Shown here: positions 53,917 to 64,000 of the stretch, in pieces
Numbering within the stretch: position 1 is the stretch's first letter
How the letters are laid out: the number at the start of each line of letters is the position of its first letter
DNA from: Lama glama
Lineage: Eukaryota
DNA length: 64,000 nucleotides
NCBI GenBank assembly: GCA_028534125.1
Contig: CM052817.1
Coordinates: 65,102,001-65,166,000, forward strand
Direction: 5' to 3'
Notes under the pieces: generated by a model
The model's input: only the letters and a program-made list of their open reading frames with translations
What the model was told of the DNA's origin: nothing
Databases searched by the model: none
Translations under genes and position numbers: made by a program

Positions 53917-54050
53917 CTGGTATGTGTTATAGTAACAGATGATACTTTTATTTTTTGAAAGTCCAAGTTTGCTCCCTTGGTCTGTTGCCAGGGCAAAAGT
54001 GGACAAGAAACCAGGTCTCAAAGCATGCTCTGGGGCATTATCATTGGCCA
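53917..54050 (-). CDS. LAMTOR3: LAMTOR3 coding exon
   Basis: tacag|TG GCC AAT...TAC CAG|gtaagt; 134 bp; ANDNAPEHALRPGFLSTFALATDQGSKLGLSKNKSIICYYNTYQ. Confidence 0.98.
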
Positions 54051-55291
54051 CTGTAAATATAAGTGATTCAAGTAAAAATTATGCAGATTTGGTAGGGAAA
54101 ATGTTTACAGCACTTTAAAAAAAACATAAATCTGTAAAAAAAATCGAGCACAAGGGTTATGCTTAACAATACTGAAAATCGTATTACTAATTGGGTCTCA
54201 TCAAGTTAGGTGGGAAAAACCACTCAATCAGAAATCAGGTGATCATAACTAAGGGAAGAAATGCTGATTCTCATTATTTTCTTTTTAATTTTCAAAAGAA
54301 TACTAAATGTTTCTATTTTCTTAATATCTCTCTTAGAACACAGATTATGATTATCAGTACAATTAATAAACTGAAATTCTGGTTAACTGAGAACAAAGCT
54401 AGAATAACGAAAAGAGCTTCAAAAACCTTTTTGCTCTTCTAAAATCCACAGAAATATCTGTTTTAATTTTCTTTCACTCACTAAAAGCTCTAAGTGGAGT
54501 TAATTGTACCAATAAGTGCACAGCTTAAGGCTTTAACACAGATCCCCAGAAAGAACATTGCAGCTGGAAAATCTCTGAGATTATTTTGTTCCAAGTCCTC
54601 GTTACAGAACCAAGAGAAGGTGAGTGACCTGTCCATGGCCACCTACGTCTCATGTTGGATTAGAGAGCCCATTGGACCACACATCAGGAGATAACAGGTT
54701 CTATAATTATTTTGTCACTGACGCATATGCAACTCTGGACTGAAAATGCACTCTTTGCGCTTGATCATTTTCATTTACAAAATGAAAGAACTAAATTAGG
54801 TGACTTCTAAACTTTCTTTCAATTCTGAAATCTGAAATTATCTGACATATATGGTAACCCCAGGTGGAAAATAAATTGCAAATAAAATATGCAGAACATT
54901 ATATAATCTTTCAGTGACAGCATATATGCTTTAAATAAAAAGCTAAAACTCAGGCAGAAACCTTTTTTTTTTTAAAGGTTAACAAGAAACTTTTAGGCAA
55001 AAATTCTTGTTAGATTCAGGTTAACTAAAGCATTGTGAAGTTAAAAGTTTAAAAAAAACCTTATTTCCAATAAGGAAGCAGAAAATAAGGGAAGAGCAAA
55101 CAACACAATAAACTTATGTTGATTCAAATGTATGAATGCTTATCCTAAAATCCTAAAACTATTAGTAATGTTGATAAATACATATATATATATATTAGGC
55201 GGAGTCTGTGTGTATAATATCTAGCTGCATATATGCTCACTCTCATCACTTAGATCTATTAATAGTTTATCTTATACCATAAAATGTTTTT

Positions 55292-55337
55292 TGTTTTTAA
55301 CATTTTTTTAATTGAGTTATAGTCATTTTACAATGTT
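55292..55337 (-). mobile_element. Ultra-short L1 3'-end insertion
   Basis: ttttttaattgagttatagtcattttacaatgtt between perfect 14-bp repeats cataaaatgttttt (55278-55291, 55338-55351). Confidence 0.8.
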
Positions 55338-55596
55338 CATAAAATGTTTTTAATGGGAAACAGGGCCTATGATAAACCCATACTTAAACTGTGGACGATA
55401 TCATGATACGTTTGATATATAAGTTATTTAAGATTTCAACCCAGCCTTCAACTTACAGCAAAATTTCCTCCCAAACTAAGAACATCTCCTGAATGTACTG
55501 AAATGGGTTCTATGGTTGCCTTCTATTCTACTCAGATATAAATACATTTTCACTCAAAAGCAAACATGACACTGGCGGATAACTGCTCCGTTTTAC

Positions 55597-55655
55597 CTTT
55601 AATGACAGGCACTCCATCTCTATCTGACACAACAATAGCATGGAGCCCTTCAACA
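55597..55655 (-). CDS. LAMTOR3: LAMTOR3 coding exon
   Basis: tctag|T GTT GAA...AAA G|gtaaaa; 59 bp; VEGLHAIVVSDRDGVPVIK. Confidence 0.98.
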
Positions 55656-56527
55656 CTAGAAAAAAAGATTAAAATATTATAAAACATTTTCTCAAAACAT
55701 GTACCTCAAAGTCATAATGGTAATTTTCATGTATATTTCTGACAAATCAAGAGAACTCAATTACTGATACAAGCTCCTATAATGGGTTTGCCAAAATTCT
55801 TCCACCATAACAAGCAAAAACAGACACAGCTGCTGTCTTCACAAAACTTACAATCTAAAAGGGGAGCAGTTATCAGTCAAATAACCTCACACAAACCACA
55901 TCTGTGGGAAATGCCATTAAGAGCCATGAGGGGATATGAGGGCCTGATAAAAGGGGGGGCTGTTTAGACAGGTGGGTCGGGGAAGGCTTCCCTGAGGAAG
56001 TGATATCTCAGCTCAGATGCTATGGTGCCAAGAAGAGAGGGGCAGAAAGATGGATGCAGGCTGAGGGAACAGGGTAGGAAGAATGGAGGTCAAGCAGCAA
56101 TCCTTTCAGCCCTGCCTACACACGAAGCAAGCAGAACAGTCAAGACTTCAGCTCTGAAGTCAGAAAATCCTGGGTGCCAGTCCAAGCTCTGGCACGTACT
56201 ATTTATGCTACCTTGTGTCAGTTACAAAGCCTCTCCAAGTCTTAGTCAACAATATGAAAATGAGGATAATTGTACTTACTTGGCTACTGTGAAATTTTAT
56301 AAAATAATGCATGTAAAATAGAGGCTGGATTTTACATAGTTAACATTCAAAACTATTAACATCAGTGTTGTCATTTGTGTACACTGATAATGACACAATT
56401 TATCTTTGCAGTTTAAATACTAAATTATTAGCGAGAATCCCTAGAGTACAAAAAGTGTTACATGTTATAATGGAGAAACATTCTCAAATTTTCATAATTT
56501 ACACAAAACCTATGGCCTTATTAACTA

Positions 56528-58880
56528 CAGGCATCCCTCATTTTACTGTGCTTCATTTTACTGAGCTTTTTACTACCCTGCGTGGAGCAAGTCTATGGGC
56601 ACTTTTCCAACAGCATTTGCTCACTTCCTGCCTCTGTGTCACATTTTGATAATTCTCGCCATATTTCAAACTGTTTCACTACTACCATATTTGCTATGGT
56701 GACCTGTGATACGTGGTCTCTCATGTTACTATTGTTAATTATTTCAGGGTGCCACAAACTGTGCCCACACAGGATGGTGAACTTAATTGATAAAGCTGTG
56801 TGTTCTGACGACTCCAGTGACTGGCAATTCTCTCATCTCCCTCTCCTCATGCCTTCCTATTCCCTGAGACCCAGTAAGACTGAAATTAGGCCAGTTAGTA
56901 ACCCCACAGTGGCCTCTAAGTTTTCAAGTGAAAGAAGAGTCGCACATCTCTCATTCTAAGTCAAGAGCTAGAAATGATTAAGCTCAGTGAGGAAGCATGT
57001 TAAAAGCTGAGACAGGCCAAAAGCGAGGCCTCCTGTGCCAGTCAAGCTGTGAATTTAAAGTTCTTAAGAAAAAAACCAAAAAGCAAAAAACTGCTCCTCC
57101 AGTGAATACAGGAATGATCAGAAAGCAAAACAGCCTTATTGCTGCTATGCAGAAAGTTGTAGTGGTCTGGTTAGAAGATCAAGCCAGCCACAACGTTCCC
57201 TGGAGTTAAAGCCTAATCCAGAGCAAGGCTCTAACTCTGTTCAATCCTATGAAGGCTGAGAGAGGTGAGGGACCTGCAGAAGAAAAATCTGAAACCAGCA
57301 GAGGTTGATCCATAAGGTTTAAGGAAAGAAGGCATCCCCGTAATATAAAAGCACAAGAGGAAGCAGCAAGTAGATGTAGAGGCTGCAGCAGCTTATCCAA
57401 AAGATCTAATTAACGTAACTAATGCAGGTGGCTGCACTAACATCAGACTTTCAATGTAGATGAAACAGGCCTTTTATTGGAAGAAGATGCCTCTAGGACT
57501 TTCATAGCTAGAGAGGAGAAGTCAATGCCTGGCTTCAAAGCTTCACAAGACAGGCTGACTCTCTTGTTAGGGGCAAATGCACCTGGTGACTTTAAGTTGA
57601 AGCCAATATTGATTTACCATTCTGAAAATCCTAGGGCCCTTAGGAATTAAGCTGCATCTAATCTGCTTATACTCTATAAATGGAACAGCAAAGCCTGGAT
57701 GACAGCACATCTGTTCACAACATGGTTTACTGAGTATGTTACCACATTGTTGAGATCTACCGCTCAGAAAAAAAGATTCCTTTCAAAATATGACTGTTCA
57801 TTGACAATGCACCTGGTCACCCAAGCACTGATGGAGACGTACAAGAGTCACTTTGTTTTCATGCTAACACAAATCCATTCTGCAGCCCATGGATCATGGA
57901 GTACTTTCGACTTTTGAGTCTTACTAATTAAGAAATACAATCCATAAGGCTACACAGCTGCCATAGACAGTGATTCCTCTGATAGATTCAGGCAAAGTAA
58001 ACTGAAAACCTTCTGGAAAGGATTCACCATTTTAGATGCAATTAAGAACATTCATGATTCTTGGGAAGATATCAAAATATCAACATTCACAGGAGTTTGG
58101 AAGAAGCTGATTCCAATCCTAACGGAGGACTCTGAGGGGTTGCAGACTTCAGGGGAAGAAGTTAAGTCAGACATTGTGAAACAGCAAGAGAGTGGAGCCT
58201 GAAGATGTGACTGAACTGCTGCAATCTCGTGATAAAATTTTAATGGATGAGCAGCTGCTTTTTATGGATGAGCAAAGAAAGTGGTTTCCTGAGATGGCAT
58301 CTACTCCTGGTGAAGATACTGTAAAGACTGCTGAAATGACAGCAAAGAATTTGAAAAAACTTAGTTGATAAAGCAGTGGCAGGGTACGAGAAGACTGACT
58401 CCAATTTTGAAAGTAGTTCTACTGTGGGTAAAATGCTGTCAAACAGTACTGCATGCTTCAAAGAAAGTGTTTGTGAAAGAAGAGTCAATTAACGCGGTAA
58501 GCCTCATTGTTGTCTTATTTTAAGAAACTGTCACAGCCACTCCAACCTTCAGCAACTACCACCCAGATCAGTCAGTAGCCATCAATATCAAGGCAAGATC
58601 CTCCACCAGCACAAACATTATGACTCGCTGAAGGCTCAGATGATGGTTAGTGGTTTTTTGGCAACAGGGTATTTTTTATTTAAGTTATGTACACTGTTTT
58701 TTTTTTCTTTTTCTTTTTTTTAGTAAAATACTACCACACACATAACAGACTACAGTGTGGTATAAACATAACTTCTATGTGCACTGGGACACCAGAAAAA
58801 TTTGTGACTAACTTTATTACAATATTTGCTTTATTGTGGTGGTTTGGAACCAAATCCACAGTATCTCTGAGATATGCCTG
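56528..58880 (+). mobile_element. Near-full-length Tigger1 (TcMar/pogo) DNA transposon with a decayed transposase
   Basis: TA|caggcatccctca...tgagatatgcctg|TA (TIRs and TA target site). Transposase fragments [44 protein letters not shown] and LQPMD are present but broken by stops and frameshifts. Confidence 0.95.
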
Positions 58881-59557
58881 TATCTTATAATATAGGTAGA
58901 CTGCAACTCAGAAATATGTTTAATGTCCTATTATATATTAGAATTATCCACTCCTTAGTGTGTTAACCTTAATTTTTCAATTTAGGAATGAGGAATTTTA
59001 ATACTAATTTAATGTGCAGATACTGAAATTAAATTTTTAAAATATCTCATTGTCAAAAATTTTAAAGCCAGAGAAGTGTGATTAAAATTCAAGTAGAAAA
59101 TGTTACAAACAAAACCATTTATTTCCCTCACATTTAAAAGAAGAATGATGAAAAAATTGTGTATAAATATTTACTGGCATTATTTTCTATTATTCAATCT
59201 TGAAACTATGGATTAAAACATATACTATAAAATCAATACATAAAAACAAAGTTAAAAACGAGGTTATATGAAAATATCCAACAGATACTCGTACATATGC
59301 AAATAATGTTGTGCAGCTATCAGTAGTAACACTGCTTGAAGTTGGAAAAAATTGGAAACCTAACTGTCTACCAATAAGGACAAATTAAATAAGTTATGAC
59401 ACACATATACAATGGAATATTCTGCAACCACTAAGAGCTTTTCATGTACTGAGAGGGACTGCCCTCAAAGCTACACTGTTAAGTGAAAAAATACACATTT
59501 TGAATAGTGTATATAAGAAACAACTTACAAAATAATGTGTAGACATGTGAGTTTATA

Positions 59558-59920
59558 TGTTGCAATGGAATGAACGTTTGCCATCACCCCCAGAATTCAT
59601 ACGTTGAAACCCTAATCCCAAGGTGCTGTTATTTGAAGGTGGGGCCTTTGGGAGGCAACTAGGTTATCAGGGTGAAGCCTTCAAGAATGGGATTAGTAGC
59701 TTTATCAGAGGCCAGAGAGCTAGCCCTCTTTCCACTGTGTGAGGATTTGAGAGGTCAGTAATCTGCAACCCGGGAAGAGGGTCCTCACAATAACCTGACC
59801 ATGCTGGCACCCTGATCTCAGACTTCTGGACTCCAGAACTGTGAGAAATAAATTTCTGTTGTTTATAAGAAATCCAGCCTATGGTACTTTGTTATAGCAG
59901 CCCGAACTAACTAAGATATA
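59558..59920 (+). mobile_element. ERVL-MaLR solo LTR (MLT1A-like), nested in an old L1 remnant (~59280-60120)
   Basis: aattcatacgttgaaaccctaatccc...ggtggggcctttgggagg...ctgaccatgctggcaccctgatctcagacttc...ctgtgagaaataaatttctgttgtttataag...ttgttatagcagcccgaac. Confidence 0.9.
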
Positions 59921-60800
59921 TGCATATGTGTGCAAATATGTGTCCTAGTATACGTTTGCTTGTAGGTGCATAAACCATCTCTGAAGGTAACGATGGGTGC
60001 CTTGGAGACGGCACTGTAAGGGTGGATGGAGGGCAGGTAGAGAAAGCTTCTCACTCTATGTCCTTCAGTTAACTTTCAAATCTTGAGCTTTATAAATATA
60101 TTGCCTACTCAAAAAATAAGCCAACTGAAAAACAGGTAAAGAGTATTACAAAAATGTTTAGAAATACGTGTACCATCATTTTTTCTTATTTTCATGGTAA
60201 CTAATTTAAAGGCCAATTAATACACCAAAACAGGAAGAAATAAAAGGATTTTCTTTTTAATGGATTTCAAATTCAGAGATAAAAGTTCAACAAAGCAGAA
60301 AAATGACTCATAAAGGACCCATTTAAAGAAATCAGGTCACAAATAAAAAAGATGTTTCCAATTCTACACAGAGTGAACAAAGAAAAATATGTATACATTT
60401 TACTAATAATTGAAAAGAACTATGATATATTAATAGGTACACTACACTTTTAGAAGGAATAAATTAAATTTTATGAAATATCCTGTAGAAATCTAAATCT
60501 TAGGCTTACCAAAACAAACATTTTCATCCCCAAAAAGCAAATGTTACATTAGTAATCAAGGACCTCATACTTAGTTTTACTCATACAATGATGAAACATT
60601 TGGTTATTTTAAAACACAAAAAAATTGTGATTATTAAAGCTTGAGACTGCTTTGGGTCACAACTAGATTTTAAAATACAAATTAAAGAACTCTATCCAAC
60701 ACAGAATTAAAAAATGAACAAAAGCACATCCCATTCACATGTAGTTCTCTGACTTGGTTTTTTTCAAAGTCATGGCAGTAACAAAAGCATGGACCCACAA

Positions 60801-61016
60801 GATAGAGGTAGGGGATTAAGAGCTACAAACTATTACGTATAAAATAAGCTACAAAGATATATTGTATAATGCAGGGACTATAGACTATATTTTATAATAA
60901 CTATAAAACGAGTAAAACCTTTAAAAATTGTAAGTCACTATATTGTACACCTGTAACTTACACAACATTGTACATCAATTATATTTCAATTTTAAAAAAT
61001 TATTCTTAAGAAAAGA
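60801..61016 (+). mobile_element. 5'-truncated L1 3' end with a perfect 18-bp TSD
   Basis: ...cactatattgtacacctgtaacttacacaacattgtacatcaattatatttcaat + A tail; TSD aaaagcatggacccacaa at 60783-60800 and 61017-61034. Confidence 0.9.
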
Positions 61017-61429
61017 AAAAGCATGGACCCACAACTCTGAAGTCAGGCTGCTTGTATCCCAATCCCTTAACTTTATATACATCTAGCAATAAATCGAAGT
61101 GTATATTTTATGACTTTTCTTTATAAGTGTTCACAATATTATGATTTATTCATTCATTCTTTTACCTCTTGGATGTATTAAGCCTACTTTCAAAAAATGA
61201 TCATGAAAATGAATTAAACTGGCCTTAGTAATTATGGGGAAAAAAATGTACTAATCCCCTTCCTTCCATTATGGAAAGATTTTCATTGTTTTTACAAATA
61301 CCGTTTTTACATGTATCAATTATGCTTCTGTTTCTATACTTTGTCACCAGTGTGGTATCCCTCCCCCTCCCCAGGACAATTTTACCAACATTTCAATACG
61401 CTAAGCCTCCAATAAGGTAAATACAGATA

Positions 61430-62520
61430 AGCATAGAAAGCCCTTGTTTTGTATAGTTCCACTGTAGACACCTTCTAGTTACCACAGTTTAGTTAAATAA
61501 TACCATCCCTCAACCCGCACAGTTTGGGTCAAGTCTCAGTTAATGTGGTGTATTAACTGAACAACTGCATGAAGGAAAAGCTTAGCTAACTCTTCAGTTC
61601 ACCATTCGGTATGTAAATAACTTTGTCAATAACAAATGCACGTTGTGATCAGTAACCAGTCACATCACTTCTTTCAGAGTGAGTGATCACTGAGCATCTG
61701 TTATTCAGTTTATGCAAAGATAACAAAGCATGTGTTTTTTTTACTTTCTTGTCTTCCAGTGATAAACCATGAGACAAGGAAAAAAAGAGGGATTCTGAAA
61801 TAGGGAATGGCCAATAAAGATGCAACTCAGCAAAGAAATAAAAAGTGATAATGTCGGAAGTGAAATTCAAACAGAAAGTAACTGGAGTTCTAGAAGAAAC
61901 CGGAGGCTGAGGAAGGCTGCCACTGGGTGCTGTGTACTGGATGTGCAGCCAGAACAATTTAATGAAGGCAAAGGTACTGAAATAAATAAGAAAAGTGGTT
62001 GTGATGAAAAGGATAAAGATGTCCCACAGGAGGTGACTCTGGCAAGAAACTTCACATTCAAGGGACTCTCAGAGATATTTCCCATCACTGAAAGTACGAA
62101 AGACAAAATGCTGGAAGCTAGACTTCCAAACCTAAAAAGCAACATGCCAGTCTGCCAGGCACTCCAAAGATGCTTGTTCCTTATCTTAAGGATGTACCTT
62201 TCAAATACCTGAAGGGACACGAAAAGAAGTGGACACTGTTCAAACTACTTTAACACATTTTTTACAAAGAAATAAACAGTCTAATTCTCAATGTTTCTAA
62301 TGTTTTAAGTGATAGTGTATTAAATAAATATTAGTTATAGCATTTGTTTCCATTCTCCTAAATATAACCAACAATAAGAGAAGTTGTAATGTGTTGGCAA
62401 CATTTTTTAAAGGCCACAAAACAAATATAATTTTTTCCAATGATTATTATTATTGCTTTGGATAGTTTCAGTCTGGTCATTTTTAAGGTCTTGCACTTCT
62501 GTGCAAAGCTGAGAGTGCTG
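61430..62520. mobile_element. Ancient TcMar-Tigger element (Tigger13a-like)
   Basis: Acidic transposase-like remnant (ORF 61820-62212 ..GCDEKDKDVPQEVTLARNFTFKGLSEIF..); end gtttcagtctggtcatttttaaggtcttgcacttctgtgcaaagc resembles the recalled consensus. Confidence 0.5.
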
Positions 62521-63598
62521 CTACTGCTCACCGTTAGGATTAGAACAGAACTGGCAGCTTGCTTTACAGTTTACCACACCCAGGAGGAAGACAGTAAAAA
62601 TGGATCTAAGTACTGCATTAACATAAAATCAACAGTAACAATTAACACTTCAATAGTGTTTTCTTCCTGAGTAGAGAAGAAAAATATAGGTTAAATCAAA
62701 ACCAGAAGATAATATTAATTTTGACTGCTCTGTAATCAGAGTAAAGGCACAGCCTATAGGCAAACCACATAAACCAATTTAGGCAAAAATCTAAAAGGTT
62801 TTTTCCTGCCATACACAGAAACTGACATCTAAAACCTTTTTAATTTCAAATAGATTTACAGAATAAAAAATAAAAAAAGAAATAAAGAAAGGACCTCACT
62901 ACATATCCTGCTATATTAATTCAAAGTATCCAGTTCTTATGGAATGTGAAATGGGTGTCTCAAGTCATACTCCTCTCTTTCATGTCCTTAACTCTCAAGT
63001 ATCACTTTACATTAAACTAATGTGAATTTTAATTCAGCTAAAGTGACAAAGTCCTTTGAATTAGTAAAATATCTAAAAGGAAGTCGCTGTCAACATAAGA
63101 ACCTAATTTATAAAATGATGCATCTAATGGACTGTGTGCAGGTAGAAGAAAGCCTTGTGAATTTTCCAAGTATGAGCTGCTAAGTCTAGCATTTTGGGGT
63201 CATGTAGACTCAGTAAAAGGTCTTAAAAGCAGTATTAAAAATAAAGGCAAGTTCTTAGGTTATTTTCCCCTTAAAATTACTTGAACTACTTCAAAGTATA
63301 ATCCAGTAAACTGCTATGAAAGAACTCTGAAGTACTTGGCAAGAAATCTGGGTTCTAGCCCTCTGGCATTCACTAGTTGTTTAACCCCAGACAAGTCATG
63401 TAACTTTTCTAGGGCTCATGTTATTCATCTGTAAACTCAAAGTACATCACTTGTCTTACCTAAGATTATGTTAGGTATCTGAAAGTGCTCAATAGTAGCA
63501 TAATGTACATACATTAATCTAAGATAAACAGAAACAAAGTACGACATAAAATTAACATGTGTTAAGCAGAATTTAACAACAAATTAGTGACTTTTTAC

Positions 63599-63633
63599 CT
63601 CGGTAATTTTTTATACAGGAATCGTTTTAGGTC
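63599..63633 (-). CDS. LAMTOR3: LAMTOR3 coding exon (5'-most in the window)
   Basis: tttcag|GAC CTA AAA...CCG AG|gtaaaa; 35 bp; DLKRFLYKKLP(S). The five exons total 366 nt, which fits 124 aa if 9 nt (MAD) lie outside the window. Confidence 0.96.
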
Positions 63634-64000
63634 CTGAAAGAGAATATAAAAAATCGTATTATAATAATATGCCTTGTACTGGTTCTCTAGATACTGTCCT
63701 ATCCACATTTCAGGTATATTAAGTATTCACTCATAATCATTCTTACTAGTGTTTTGTCTTTCTCTTTCTGATTTTGATGCTTTTACTAGTTGTGTGACTT
63801 GCAGCAAGTGAACTAGCCTTTTCCTCTAAGCCTCAGTTTCATGAGTTGTTGACTAGGGATAATTATAGAACTTACATCATAAGACTGTCATTAAAGTTTA
63901 TTAAGAAGACACATATAAAGTGATTAGCATATCCACTAGTGGAAACATAAATACACAATACATAGTATCTTTCCATGTCCACAGGCTTCCTAACACCACT

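Noticed and set aside
61820..62212. 130-aa ORF as a novel antisense gene
   Set aside because: It lies inside a Tigger-like DNA transposon remnant and shows no other gene features.
509..62670. The many 60-137 aa ORFs in the supplied track
   Set aside because: Apart from those overlapping DAPP1/LAMTOR3 exons or L1/Tigger remnants, they have no recognisable domains and lengths expected by chance.
1..64000. A novel biological system (defence operon, CRISPR-like array, unknown gene cluster)
   Set aside because: The window is explained by two known spliced mammalian genes plus common repeats; I saw no repeat-spacer array and no long unexplained ORF.

Overview
This is mammalian genomic DNA, most likely camelid (inferred from six copies of a tRNA-derived Vic-1-type SINE). 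It holds two known genes arranged tail-to-tail. On the + strand are coding exons 2-9 of DAPP1/Bam32 (SH2 + PH adaptor), from 17162 to the stop at 45714, with a 3'UTR to about 47370; exon 1 was not found and presumably lies upstream of the window. On the - strand are the last five coding exons of LAMTOR3/MP1 (Ragulator subunit), from 63633 to the stop at 50969; the first 3 codons lie beyond the right edge. I read all exons by hand: they have GT-AG boundaries, consistent phases and intact frames. The rest is intronic or intergenic and rich in repeats (L1 3' fragments with target-site duplications, SINEs, MLT1/MLT2 LTRs, hAT MITEs, a near-full-length decayed Tigger1). Almost all ORFs in the supplied track are chance ORFs. 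I found no evidence of a previously undescribed biological system. The points most worth checking are a Gly->Ser change in the SH2 WYHG motif of DAPP1, a diverged ~130-150 bp direct duplication in DAPP1 intron 3, and a CpG-rich patch in the DAPP1 3'UTR. Repeat family names come from recalled consensus sequences, not from a database search.
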